Assembly: GCA_964187785.1 (NCBI GenBank)
Contig: OZ076409.1
Location: 99,202,001-99,266,000 of the forward strand
Direction of reading: 5' to 3'
Length of the DNA: 64,000 nucleotides
DNA from: Amphiscolops sp. MND2022
Taxonomy: Eukaryota
In this document: one piece after another, positions 35,240-47,962 of the stretch
How positions within the stretch are numbered: position 1 is the stretch's first letter
Layout of the letters: each line of letters opens with the position of its first letter
Notes under the pieces: generated by a model
Told to the model about the DNA's origin: nothing
Database searches by the model: none
Seen by the model: the letters and a program-made list of their open reading frames with translations, nothing else
Translations under genes and position numbers: made by a program

Positions 35240-35610
35240 TTCATTTTGTGTTGGTGGAAAACATTATTCCGCCACCACAATAATTCGTGGAGGTATCACT
35301 CAAAACAAAAAAGGCTGAATTACCCGTTAAACTATTGAGAGGTTCAACTTAAGACAGAAATAAATCACCTTTAGTATCAGATCAAACTATACAAGTAGAA
35401 GGATTGGGTGACTTCTTTAAACATATTGGGAAAGCCGCTAAGAGTGTTGGAAAGAAAATATTAAATAATCCTGGTAGAGCACTAGAACTCGCAGCTAATA
35501 CTGGAACTGCAGCAACAAGTAAAAATCCTCGAATGATAGCTGCAACTGCTCCTGATATTATAAAATTTGTTCATCAACGGAAAGGGTTGTATTTAGGTAA
35601 AATTCATTGA
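35240..35610 (+). pseudogene. Small Polinton virion-type protein with amphipathic helix
   Basis: TIQVEG-LGDFFKHIGKAAKSVGKKILNNPGRALELAAN...KGLYLGK; 5' part frameshifted. Confidence 0.55.
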
Positions 35611-35671
35611 TTTACAGCTTCGCTGGCTATGCTGTAAATTAAATATATTTTTTAAGATAATTAAATAAATT

Positions 35672-36602
35672 ATGGATTCAATTCATAATTGTGATGATTT
35701 AGAAAAATTAAAAAAATTGCAAGAATCAAAATTTTTAATAAAAGCTGAAAGATAAAAAGAGAAACTTGGGAAGCTAGACTTTCATTACGATATGGAAGAA
35801 GTTTTCGAACCTGTTACTGTAAAACAGGCTGAAGCTACTAAAAACCAGAAACAAATATCTGAAAAACAAATACAGGCCATTGGCCAACAAATCCAAACTA
35901 TTGAAATCAGACAAGAGCAAAACAACACTCCAGCGAAATATTACAAAAGTCAATCAAACAGGGAATACAAGAATGTGATAAAATTACTAACCGTGAAAAT
36001 CAACTTGTTACAGATCTTGTTAATTCAAACCAAGTTGATTCTAGTATAATCAAAACAGTTTCTAATTTACCTAATGATAAAAACAAAACTCAATTTAGTT
36101 TAGAACCTGTTACACAATTCGGTGAAGTAATCCAAATTTATTCACAATTAACCCCAAAAATCCCCAACAAGTTCTAATTAAAGGTTCAACACAATCCTTC
36201 TTAAGCAATAACAACCTGTATAATTTGAATGATCGGGATCTTTCAAATTTCATAACTAATACACAACACGATAACATTAAAATCATAGGTATGAAATATA
36301 ATTTTTTACGTGATACGAATTACGATTTAATTTATGGGGATAAAAAATCAAATAAATATAATTTCATTAATCGTTTTTTTCAACCCCAATTAGGAAGTGG
36401 ATTAAATAAATTTATTTTTCTTCCAACTGATCCAAATGAGCTTGTAGATCATCTCAAGTTATTTGTGTTAGAAAAAATAGGAGGTATTGATAATTCTATG
36501 CTTAGTGAACAAATCGTAGCAATTACAGATAAGATCCTGGAATATGAATGCGTTACCACAAATCAACACAAAAGTATGCAAAGCACCCTCGGTAATGTTT
36601 AA
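35672..36602 (+). pseudogene. Conserved Polinton uncharacterised gene (GSG...DPNELVxxL motif)
   Basis: EEVFEPVT near the N-terminus; QLGSGLNKFIFLPTDPNELVDHLKL near the C-terminus. Confidence 0.55.
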
Positions 36603-36659
36603 AAAGGATCCGCTTGTGGGTTAAAAATTTTATACTCCGCATTAGATTCATTCAAATCA

Positions 36660-37320
36660 TATATTTTTTGCCATTTTTATTTTCTCATCTATTTATTAAT
36701 GAATACTTTTACTTTTCTTTCCATGCCTCTCTGCATAAACTTTTGAATTCATCATAAGACATATCAAAACCAGCTATGTCTCTATAAATATGTTCTACAT
36801 CTTTCAAGGTTTGGTGAAATAAACTTATTATATTCGAATTGTTTCTAATTGTTCTTTTTGGCAAATCGAAATGTGACTGTGATAAACAATGAACATCTAA
36901 ATCATTATGTCTTCCTCTAGTGAAAAATGGATCAGTTTTTTAATAGTTTTTTATTACTATCCAACATATCATCAAACACAACACAACAATTTTGAAAATT
37001 TTGTATTGTTCTATTTTCTAGATCTTCTTCCACTGAAATACATAATTCGGTATCTTCGGTATCTAAGTTCTTGTATTGTACCCGACTCCTCCGAATTATT
37101 TTTTGTTGGTTTTTCATTATCATATAATCGAGTTAATTGTAAATTGTTTAATACCAAATGGATCTTCCCACAAAAAGATGGACGAACTAGTAATGTTCGA
37201 TTGAACTTATTATTATCAATTTCAGGATTATTATCAATTTCTTCATTTATATTTACATTATCACTATTTATTTCATTATTATTATCTTTAAATGATCCTT
37301 TTTATCAAGGCATCTCTCGA
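36660..37320 (-). pseudogene. A32-like packaging ATPase 1
   Basis: RTLLVRPSFCGKI (degenerate Walker A), VVFDDM (Walker B), FFTRGRH, LSQSHFDLPKRTIRNNSN. Confidence 0.8.
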
Positions 37321-37899
37321 TTTGTTTTGATAAATATGTTTCATTGAATTCCTTGTTACAAAATTCACATTTTACTTTCTTATTGAAACTTTCTATACAT
37401 GTGCTCTATATTTTTTAATTTTTTTTCTTCTAAAATCTGTTTTCAATATATTAGTTCTTACATCTTTTTTCATTCTCACAATCGGAGCACAAAGATTTTT
37501 CACTACTTTTATCACAAATTAAGCACTTCATTTGTTTAGTAAAAAATCACCAAATCACAAAGCAAATTTACTAAGAGCATATCTCCTTAAGTGTAGCATA
37601 TATGCTTCGTGCTCAAATATACACTCCTGGTGAATGTAAAAATCACTGGATAAATCAAACCCAGTGTTTTTGATGATTTATATACAAAATTTAAAAATTT
37701 CAAAAATTTTTTGTGAAAAATTTGAAGTTTATATTAAAAATTTAACTTTTAGTATATTTGATTGCTTGTTCAAATATTATATTCTTGAATTCTTCTTTAA
37801 GTTGATCTGAAATTAATGGTTGTTGCATACGCTCTATATAATTGTCTAGTTTAGATCATTCATTTTTGTTCTATTTTGTTTACAATAATATACATAATA

Positions 37900-38700
37900 A
37901 TAAGCTACATTAAAAGGTGTTATTTCAATTGTTTTATCTAAAATCTCTTTTAAAAAACTTTTAATCTAATATATTTTCACCTGTAAAAAAACTTTCAGAT
38001 TTCACATAATCCTCAGGACTCCATTTATGTTTAGTTGTATCATATATTACCTGATACTTCTGGTTGAGTATATTATATTTTCGTGATCTGGTATCAAATT
38101 CAATTAAACAAATTCTAACTGACAACGATATTGTTTCCAATTAAGTTCTTTTATACTATAAGTGCTTACTATTGTTTCAAAGAAACTATCTGGATTTGTT
38201 ATTGTGATATATAACTTGAGACAATTCTCTCTCACTATTGGGAAAACATCCTTTGCATAGAGTGCACAATGAATAACTTGTATATTTTGATGTCTACCAA
38301 CCCGAAATAAGTCTTCTACTTTTGTTTTAAGGTTTTTATATGCACCGGCATCATCAAGTATTACCGGTTTATTAGCAAGTGATTCAATTTCTATTTTTTT
38401 AAATGCAACAAAGGTATTTACATATCAGAGTAAAACTCAGTCTCATCTCTACCGAATACTATAAAAGTTGATTTTATACGTCTTTGATTTTATACGTAGT
38501 TTAGGAAATACGTCTAACCTGACCCACTAGTACCATAAATTAACATATGACAATTTGTATGCGTAGCCAGCTTCGCTGTATGACTGATTGGTTTGAGTTG
38601 ATGTTCTTCTTTTAGTTGATTAGTTAAATGAGAATGTTCAAACCCTTTGAATTGTTTAGCTTTTGGTATACTTTTTTATAATTTCCAGGCTTAATATAAT
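37900..38700 (-). pseudogene. A32-like packaging ATPase 2
   Basis: HMLIYGTSGSG*T (Walker A, Lys position is TAG), VILDDAG, LFRVGRHQNIQVI, IVRENC. Confidence 0.75.
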
Positions 38701-38835
38701 ACCAATAAATATGTGAAACTATAATAAAAATTACATATAAAAAACCTATATAAATTTTTTTATTCGTTTTCTAGGAAAAAAATTCAAGCAAAGCTGTAAT
38801 TCATCATCGATTAAATGAAAAGTGTAGAATAATAA

Positions 38836-39698
38836 ATGAATGAAAGGAAGAAAGAAATTGCTAAAGAAATATTCTCTCCTGTATTTAAGAAGTTTAAAAG
38901 AATTCAAATACAAACTCACTATAAAGATGAGTGTTGGAGTATCGATTTAATTGATCGATCTAGCTTAGCAAAATACAACAAAAACTACAAGTTTATTTTC
39001 ACAATAATTGACAATCATACCAAATATGCATGGGCAATTCCTCTTAAAGATAATTCCGTAAAATGTACAACAACTGCATTAAAAAATCCTGTTGAAAACG
39101 CAAAAAGAAGACAGTAAAAAGTGTGGTCAGATAGAGGTAAAGAATTTTATAAAAAAACATTTTTAGATTTTCTTAAACAAAATGAAATACAAATTTATTC
39201 AACCAATTCAGAGTTAAAAATTGTTTTTGTTGAACGATTCAATAGAACACTTTTGGACTTAATCAAAGAACCAATGTATTTTGAAGGTAAAGCTTGTTGG
39301 TTGAATCATCTTGATGCTGCTTCGAAAAAATAAAATAATCGTGTCCATGGTACAAAAAAACGACATCATTTTAAATGGTAACTAATCCTAATAAACCAAT
39401 ACCCCATCCGATACCTATTGATAATAAAAAATTACCCAAATTTCAATTGGGAGACTATGTAAGAGTTCCTGATAAACGCAATTTACATAGTAAAGGTTAT
39501 ACAACAAATTACAATAGAGAACTTTTTGAAATACATAAAGTTAACAAAACGAATCTCGTCACGTATGGTTTAGTAGATGAAAACAACGAACAAATAGAAG
39601 GAAAATATTATGAACAAGAACTTTTAAGAAGTGTATTAAACTTTGAATCTAACAACGAAACGTTAGAAAGTATGATTATTTTCCATCAATTTGAGTAA
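38836..39698 (+). pseudogene. Retroviral-like (rve) Polinton integrase
   Basis: WSIDLID, IIDNHTKYAWAIPLK, WSDRGKEF, VERFNRTL, KFQLGDYVRV, EGKYYEQEL; stops at 39115 and 39331. Confidence 0.9.
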
Positions 39699-39715
39699 TT
39701 ATATTTGAATAAAAA

Positions 39716-40249
39716 ATGTCAATTGATAAATTTGGTTATAGTGTCGAGAGTCTACAAAACGATAAGATTGAGAATCTTGAAAATCGAAAAGAATTTGAAT
39801 CACAATCCAAAAGAATTAACATAAAACTTAACGATGTATCTGATAAATTAGAAACTTATATTAATGAAATTAAAGAACAAAACACCGAATTACGTACCGA
39901 TTTGCGTACCGAAGGCGCTGTGCGTGTAGAAGAAATTCAATTTAACAACGGTGAAACAAATTTAATACTTGATGCAAAGTTATTCTTAGATATAAATAAA
40001 AGTATAGAAGATGAAAAAACAAATTTGAAAGATTTAGAACAAGATATTGAAAATAATTTATTCGAAAAGAAGAAAGAAATTATTTTGGATGCTGCCAAGT
40101 TAGTAGAAGAACAACAAAACATTTTTCGTACTCAATCCGAACGGAACCTCATTGTAGAATTGGAAAAAAGCAAAATTCAAGGAGTCAAAGATGTTATACA
40201 ACTTTTATACAACAAAGGATTGTTTGACTCATCTGAAAAGAAAGACTAA
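39716..40249 (+). CDS. Polinton coiled-coil hypothetical protein
   Basis: 177-aa open ORF, E/K/L-rich, between integrase and MCP. Confidence 0.5.
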   Translation: MSIDKFGYSVESLQNDKIENLENRKEFESQSKRINIKLNDVSDKLETYINEIKEQNTELRTDLRTEGAVRVEEIQFNNGETNLILDAKLFLDINKSIEDEKTNLKDLEQDIENNLFEKKKEIILDAAKLVEEQQNIFRTQSERNLIVELEKSKIQGVKDVIQLLYNKGLFDSSEKKD

Positions 40250-40495
40250 ATCTTTGAATCTCACCTAACTTTCAGTGATGAACACTTGTTAGAAAAATAA
40301 GGACAAGAAATACAAACATCAGATGGTGTGTATTATTCATCAGATTTAGACTATTCAACGCGAGATATCGTGAAGTGTTTGAAAGAAGATGAATACAAAC
40401 ATATTGTTGTCCTCAAATATAGAATGAAACTAACCGATACTGAGCTCACTTTTATACTTTTTGAAAACTAATAAGTAAATATGTGAACTAATTAA

Positions 40496-41038
40496 ATGAG
40501 TGAAACGTTGTATGCAGAGCCAGCGAAGCTGTATCCTAGTTTACGCGAATCAGATGCCTTGCAAATTCGATTGAAAGAAATAGATTATTTTATTATTTCT
40601 ATTCAAAATATGAAAGGTATTCAAAATTTTTATAATCATGAAGCTAAAAAATATGGAAAGAAACCCAAAACATTTAAAATTATAAACGGTTTAATTCTAT
40701 CTATTGATGGAGTTTTATCATGGGGTGTTTCTCCAACTGCTATCACGTTAAGTGTTAGCGTAGTTGGACATATTGTGGAAACAATCGCGAAAGGTATAGG
40801 TGCAGGAGTATCCATATTCAGTACGTTTATAGGTGAGTATCTGAAAAGAAAAAAACAACACAATCTTAGGAAACATACTCTTGCTGGTGTAACTTTAAAC
40901 AATTTGCAAAAGCTAGATACAAAGTGTCTAGAAGATAATAAAATAGATCTGAAAGAATACAACAAACTAAATCAAACATACGATGTGTATAAAAACAATA
41001 AAACTAAACTGAATTCTGAGTTTATGTTTTTAGGCTAA
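40496..41038 (+). CDS. Polinton predicted membrane protein (hydrophobic hairpin)
   Basis: LYPSL N-terminus; Gly-rich hydrophobic segment (ITLSVSVVG...GIGAGVSIFS); CLEDNKIDLKEY C-terminus; TAAATG start. Confidence 0.55.
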   Translation: MSETLYAEPAKLYPSLRESDALQIRLKEIDYFIISIQNMKGIQNFYNHEAKKYGKKPKTFKIINGLILSIDGVLSWGVSPTAITLSVSVVGHIVETIAKGIGAGVSIFSTFIGEYLKRKKQHNLRKHTLAGVTLNNLQKLDTKCLEDNKIDLKEYNKLNQTYDVYKNNKTKLNSEFMFLG

Positions 41039-41118
41039 CCTTACGCATCGCGCCTTCGGTATTTAGTCAAAATAAAATAAGTATAAAATTTAAATAATGA
41101 ATATTATTAGTAACATAA

Positions 41119-42344
41119 ATGGAATTATTTTCATTGGAAAACAAATATGCTCTTGAAAAACCAATTCATAAAATTGATTTTATTAGGTATTCGCCTAATA
41201 GTATGGAGACACTCAATAATAACAATTCAAATATTTCAATCAGTTTACCAAGAGAAGACGCTTATATTTGTTTACAAAATACATATACATCAGTAGATTT
41301 TGAAGTACTCAAGCAAGATGAAACAAGATATGCCGATGGTGATCAGATAAGCCTAACTAATTTTGGGCCTGTTGCTTTATTTAGTGAAGCTAAGATGACA
41401 ACCAGTTCGGGGAGACACTTGGAAAAAGTGGATAATTTACATACGGTAAGTTTAAAGAATAAACTTTTAACTAGTGGTCAGCAAACAAGTGAACTGATGT
41501 ATGGATTTGAAGAATCACAAGCAACCAGAAGAGTAGAACTAACTACTAATAAGACAGAGAAAGGAACATTCTTTGTGAACATCAAGCTAATTGATTTATT
41601 TGGGTTTGATGAGAAAGAAAAAGTAACAATGGTTTGTGTTATACTCTTATTTCAAAACGAAATAATAATAACGATCCTATTATAAGGGATATTGGGGTAG
41701 ATGCTGCAAAAATTGTTATAAAAGATATTGGTTGGCATTATCCTCATTATACACCTAGCTTAGAAAATCAACAAATTATGTTGGATCAGTTATTGAATAA
41801 AAATCCAACTGAATTGTATCACAGGGAACGGATTGTTTTTAGAAAAGATGTAAACACTAATAACAATTGGACCTTTGACTTGGGAACTTTCGTAATTCGG
41901 ATTTCAAGCTAAAAATGAAATTGATTCGCAAACAAATTATAATGCAATAATTGATCGTTTACCTATTTCAAATGCAGTTTGTAAAGTGGGGTCAGAAAAA
42001 TATCCTGTTGACGGAATTGAATGTCATTATGATAGAGACAACTACCGTGAAGCATATCAAGAAAAAGAAAACTTCTATCGATTGCATACAGAAACCAACC
42101 TATTGAGGCTATTTATTGATTTGCATAAATTCAGAACAAAGTATAAAATGCATAAATTCAGGACAGTTTTTATGTGTTTGACTTATCCAAACAAAAAGAT
42201 CATATTACCAGTCAACCAATTGGATTAGAATTTGAATTTAGTGCTGCCATTGATGTTGCAGACTAGATAGGTTATGCCCTAGTCCTAACACCCAAGCTGA
42301 TAAGTATCAGTAGTTGTGGACAAAAACATTTCGATTTAATATAA
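41119..42344 (+). pseudogene. Polinton major capsid protein, full length, frameshifted
   Basis: NFGPVALFSEA, RKDVNTNNNWTF, GSEKYP, LTPKLISISS.GQKHFDLI; colinear with 3-527. Confidence 0.85.
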
Positions 42345-42629
42345 TATAATGTAACATTAATGAATCAATTATTATTTATAAATAAAAGATTTAAAAAAAT
42401 AATAATATATAAATATAAAAAGATAAAATATATAATATAATAATAATATATATACTTATAAAAGATGTGCTCGATCACTTGTCAGTTTTACAAGCTGTTG
42501 ATGGTTTAGATTTTCTTTTACATATCAAACTTTCCAATGTATTTCTTCTGTTTTATTTTCAGTTAGTTAATATAAATACAATCTAATAAAATTTATACAA
42601 AGTATACATGGACAATATCCACTTTGTAT

Positions 42630-45600
42630 GTGTTTATTCCAAAGGAGACGTTGGGTTGGGTTCAAACACGTTCTTTTATCATCAAATGGATTCAAAGCTA
42701 GCTTATCTTGCTTCTGAACAGTTGGATTGTGAGCATTTGAACGGATAGAAGAATTACTTGCAGTTGTTGTTTGAGAATTAAATGATGAATTTATTTATTG
42801 GTTGAGGATTGGTGTATGTTGTATTCATTTTTGTTTTCATTTTTGTATACGGAAGGCACTTTGTGTATCATTATTACTAAAAGAATGTGATTTAGATCTC
42901 AAAGCTACGAAGTTGTCTAATTCAATAATTGGTGATGTTTCTATTTTCATTTTACTTATAACTTTTTTATTTGTTATATCGTATAATGGATGTTTTTCAT
43001 CTAATTCACTGAAATCAAAATCATTTTTAAAATATTCCAAGTCTTTTGAAAGGTCTTTGGTTTTGATACTTAGAAAGAATGAGTCTGTATCCATATAATG
43101 CAGTTTAATTTTACCGGAGGCATCGAAGGCGCTTTGCGCGCTTTGCGTATTGTTACAATGTGGTTGTAATTTGTGATAATAAAACTCATACAATAACAAT
43201 TTACTCAGTTCTAAAACACTGAATCCTAAGTAAACAGGTTTATCAAATGTTATCTTTTCTTTGTCATATTTGTATAAGCTAAAATCATTATAATGTTGTG
43301 ATATTCCTTTGAAGCTTAACTTGGACTGTCTTTTGAATATTGATCATTGTCAGTATGAGGGATAACCTCTAAGTTAACTCTTTTACATTTTCCATAGTCT
43401 TACCGAAGAAAGCATTGTTCATTAATTTATAAAGATTCTTTTCAATGTTTGTTTTTGCTTTGGTGCGTTTTTGGGTGTTATGATTAATGTATTTTTCTGA
43501 ACAAAGTGATTGTTGGAATCTGTAAATCGTATGTATCTTTGTTACTTTCATCCACATGTTGATGTAAAACTTGAACATCCTGTTGTGTATCATATATTTT
43601 TGTTTGTTTGTCAGGTCACACACAAGCTTCTCAGTTGGTTTGTAATTGGGTTGTTTTACACTATTCATATATTCTGAGAAAAGATTAGGATCTGCTTTTA
43701 ATTGATAAGGACAAAATGGAAAGTTTTCGGTTTTTTCTTTAATTTCAGCTGGATAATCTAAATCGCATTCTATGACGAATCCATATTCATTGTCATCAGG
43801 TATTTCTGATAAAACTTTTTCTACTTGTTCTTGCGAGTAGTTGTCTGGAAACAAAAGTTGTTCGAATTCACCAGTAGGAAGAGGTTGACTCATTGCCCAT
43901 CCTTATAGACTATTTGCATCAATAAATAAAAGTTGAGTGTTTTCATCAGATTCAATACCGGAGGTGTTTTGCACATGCCTATCACCCATTACACTTGAAA
44001 TTCCTCCACGGATATTATTTTCTAACAACAACAAAAGGTGTTTACCGGAGGCCAGCTTCGCTGTATCTTTTATACAATCTAATTTAATATTAGTAAAATT
44101 TAAACAAGCTTCCCATGTATAACCAGGTAGAGAGTAACTATACGAAGGATTAATATCAAATTCTCAAGTACAATTTTCCACAAAGTTTTCGAATACATCT
44201 GCTAATTGTAGAACATCTTTTTGCAAATAGAACATAGTTAAATCGTGTCCGTTCTTTATATTAAACATTCGAATAAATTTTGTACGGTTAATTTCTTCAT
44301 CTGATGGATAAGATTGTTTTAGTGTTGACCGAAAGTCTTTTTTTGGAATTTAATAGTTCTTGGAAATTACTAAGATTAAGATATTCATATGGATAAGCCA
44401 ATTGCTTCTTGACTACGTCATCCTCGAGAGATTTTTCTTTAAAATTGTTGGAATCTAAAATAGGGAAATTGTCTAAACTTTTAACTAAATTATCTAAACT
44501 GAAAGAAAGAAATCTGTAACTTTCTAAAAATCTTAAGCAACCTTCTTGAACTGATATTTTATTTTCTATTGACTTTGGAATTATTTTTGGTTCATACCCC
44601 GTTTTGTAAGCTTGTGTTAAGAGTTCATCAAATATTATATGACTATCATACCCAGAAAGTTATGGAAAAAACACATTTTGATGACTTTTGTTTGCAATTT
44701 ATGTTACTTATATTATGAGCTGCTCCTCTGTATTTTCCCGTCAGATGATCATGATCTCTTACTTTACCTTCAGTAAAAGGTTGTTCGCAAAGCCAACATA
44801 CCGAAAGCGCTTCGCGTATGGCGGATTGTTGAAATGATTCTTCTTCTTCAGGAGTTATTTCTAATTCTAAGTTACTAGCATTTTTTTCTAATGGTAACAT
44901 TTCATCTACAAACCATTCTACACAGCTTTGCTGCCCTCCGGTACAACCTTCGACGAAGTATGAGTAATACTTGTTTCCAGATGGTGTTACACAAAGTGAC
45001 CCCGGTAAGGATGTTAGATAAAATCCTACTGCAATTAGATTATGTTTAAATAATACGTTGGGGTTATTTGTGGGTTGATTGATACATTCGAAATCTGCAT
45101 ATACTCTTTTTGGTACATTACCTTTCATATGATAATCTTCGTACATTAAACTGATCCTTCTAACTAACTGAATGAGATTTTAGTTGGTTTTTGTTTTTGT
45201 CAACGATCTATATGATCAATTAGAACCGGTTGTGAACTAAATGCTGTTAAACATCTTCTACTTACATGTTTCATATGTGAACTTTTATTTATTAGACAAT
45301 CCAACTGTTAGTAGGCAATAGTGATTTTGATACAATAAGAAATCTATTTGTGGTTGTATGTAATTTTTGTTAAAATGGATTGGTGTTAGCAGTGTTCCGT
45401 TTAATTCAAATACATTTTTACGCAGTCCGATACCAAAGGCGCTTTGCGAATTTAAATTTTCAAACTTGGGAATATCTTTGACTTTCATTGGGAATTCGAA
45501 ACCTTCTAGGTTGAATTTATTAAATTGCATTGACAAAATTTCATGTTCTGTTCTTATGATCCTCAACTGGATACAATTGGGCTAAAATGCACCGTAGAAA

Positions 45601-46481
45601 ACAAAATTGATCTTTATTTTTAATATTTATAATTGATTTATTATTCTTATATTTTTCTGGCAACGCAACCCACGAAGAAGCTTGAAAATCATTATTTTTA
45701 TTTATTTCTATTTCAACATCAACAATACATTGAAAATCAAAACCTGATCCTTCTAATTAATCATCATCTACTTTCTGTATTAACGGATTATGAACATTCT
45801 CACTAGTGTGATTATACGTTAGATCTGATTTCATCCATCTTTTAAATACTTCTCTCCATTAACTATTTTTGAAAACTTAGCTAAATAACTCAATTGAAAC
45901 TTGTATCGGGGGAAGAAATTAGTTCTTAGCAAATTATTATTCTGTTCTTTGAGATTTTCACTTGGACTTATTTTAAATTTAATGTATGTTCTTTCATTCA
46001 AAATTACTTCTACTCCATTACCGGAGGCAACGGAGGCACTTTGCACTGATTTCTGCTGTGTACCGGAGGCGCTTTGCACCGAAGGGCAGCTCTGCTGTGT
46101 AACGGAGGCGCTTTGCACCGAAGGGCAGCTCTGCTGTGTACCGGAGGCGCTTTGCACCGAAGGGCAGCTCTGCTGTGTATCTAGATTAAAGGTATTTTGC
46201 TGACTCAGCTGGTTATTTTGTTTATGTCTTAGGTGAAATGCATCATGAAAATGTCTCGTTGTATCAGATATATATTTACTACGATCTTCACACCATACTT
46301 TTGTATGATGGTTTTTAAGATCATCTGAATTTAGATGAATAAACGTATTTGAGATATGCATATATGAGTTACATTTTTTACAATAATATCGATCTATTTT
46401 TTCTCGATGTTTTACTGATTTTATAGGATCAGATTTGAAAGCTTTTTTATATTCGGAGTTACAAACACTACAATTCTCCAT
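42630..46481 (-). pseudogene. pPolB of Polinton B, fragmented
   Basis: ADFE, RDHDHLTGKYRGAAH, LENNIRGGISSVMGDR, IDANSL, KLMNNAFFGK, YMDTDS, LNPFDDKR. Confidence 0.92.
46019..46179. repeat. 39-bp GC-rich tandem repeat (TQQSCPSVQSAS(G/V)) in the pPolB N-terminus
   Basis: TACCGGAGGCGCTTTGCACCGAAGGGCAGCTCTGCTGTG x3 plus a degenerate unit; duplicated at ~52153-52313. Confidence 0.9.
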
Positions 46482-47016
46482 TTCTATTCAATAAAAAAAT
46501 AGTTTAATTAAAAAGTTTCAAGAAAAATTTTTCAAAAAATCAGTGACAAATATTTTTTTTTCACCTGGGGTTCAAGGTGTGAACAATTGTCATTTATAAA
46601 AGTTGTTCATATTTCTGGATGTCTCCAATTTTGTCTTCTGACTTTTCACGGTAGGACCAACCAGTCTCGATTAAAATGAAGAAAACCCTTTTTTCACACC
46701 TGTTTTGACAGGTGCTGATTGCTGGGTTCAAGATACAGAAAACTTTATTTTTGATAAAGATGTATCTTCTGATAAGGAATCTAATTCATTTTCAAAATCT
46801 TCTAATTTGGAATGCATTATTTGGGCTAATTTTCCTTGACTTTTTATCAATCTTTTAGGTCTTCATATTACCTCAATTTTAATTGTTCACTGGAATAACT
46901 TTCTGCAACGCGCCTGTGGCATGAAGAGACATTTATTAGGAAGAAAAATAGTGAAAAATAACGGTGCAATTCCTTTACCAACAATATAATGATTAGGTTT
47001 TTTTTCAAATTAAATA

Positions 47017-47622
47017 TCAGTTAAAATCATCAAATTCGGGTAAACATTCTACGATGTCATTTAGAAAGTTGATATTAGAACGTAGAGCATGAAGAGATGG
47101 GGATGACTTGCTAATGTTTGGGTGTCTGAGATAGTGCTTGTATAAGTGTATCAGGAAGTTTGCCCACGACTTTGAATTTCCACAGTGAGAGAGGGCTTCC
47201 TTGAACCTGTTGAACCTTTTCGAGATCCAAAGTAATTTACCCACAATACTTTTTCGGATAATGCCTACACAGTTATTGTCTAGTTCTTTCTTCACAGCTG
47301 TCATTGCTTCCAGCAAATCCTTAAAGGAGTTATATGAGGCCATGATAGGAATTGTTGGAATTTCCTCTGAGTTTGAGCGCAGAGAGAGCATGAGGGATTT
47401 GTGAAATTCCATGCGTTTCATCTTAACTTTATTCTCAGGCTCTACCTCAATTTCATCTACTTCCATTTCGCTTTCAGGGGAAATTTGTTCACTAGATTTT
47501 GAAAATAGTTTCATTTTGTATTTTTTGAAGATAACTAGCACATTATTTTGATGGTTGGTCTGCACAAAGCGAAGAACTTCTACGGTAAGTGTTTCAAAAG
47601 TTTCTACCTGATCACAACTCAT
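47017..47622 (-). CDS. Hypothetical protein (201 aa), probably Polinton B accessory gene; possible C-terminal helix-turn-helix-like region
   Basis: Open intronless ORF with ATG; GKLL..SK...FKEAL..CG.SKSWANFLI.LY segment. Function not recognised. Confidence 0.5.
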   Translation of the reverse strand: MSCDQVETFETLTVEVLRFVQTNHQNNVLVIFKKYKMKLFSKSSEQISPESEMEVDEIEVEPENKVKMKRMEFHKSLMLSLRSNSEEIPTIPIMASYNSFKDLLEAMTAVKKELDNNCVGIIRKSIVGKLLWISKRFNRFKEALSHCGNSKSWANFLIHLYKHYLRHPNISKSSPSLHALRSNINFLNDIVECLPEFDDFN

Positions 47623-47684
47623 CTAAAAGACCGCTCATTTCAGCATATTTTAGTTATTCTCTCCTAATACTCTCTTGTATCATA

Positions 47685-47818
47685 ATTTAGCTACCAGTGG
47701 TAACTAAATCTCAATTCAACGTTCTATCATCTCATACCATGTTTGGCAGATTTGGCTACCACTGGTAGCCAATTTTACCAAATATGGTAGATTTGGCTAC
47801 CAGTGGTAGCCAAATCTA
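47685..47818. promoter_or_regulatory. Three palindromes TTGGCTACCA-N-TGGTAGCCAA upstream of the 201-aa ORF
   Basis: 47685-47709 (1 mismatch), 47752-47772, 47788-47818 (perfect 15-bp arms). Regulatory role is inferred only. Confidence 0.45.
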
Positions 47819-47962
47819 AAAACCTAAGATGCACAGCCAAATGAAAATTTAAACGCAACACTACTTACTTAGTGTAAACCGTTAATTCCAAAAACTGCTT
47901 CAAAAAAAACAAAAAGTAAACCCACAAAATCAAACTTTGATGATTTTTTTCTATTCTTCTGA

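Noticed and set aside
33541..46481. Alternative genetic code explaining the stops in Polinton B
   Set aside because: TAA, TAG and TGA all occur together with many frameshifts, and host genes and copy A read in the standard code.
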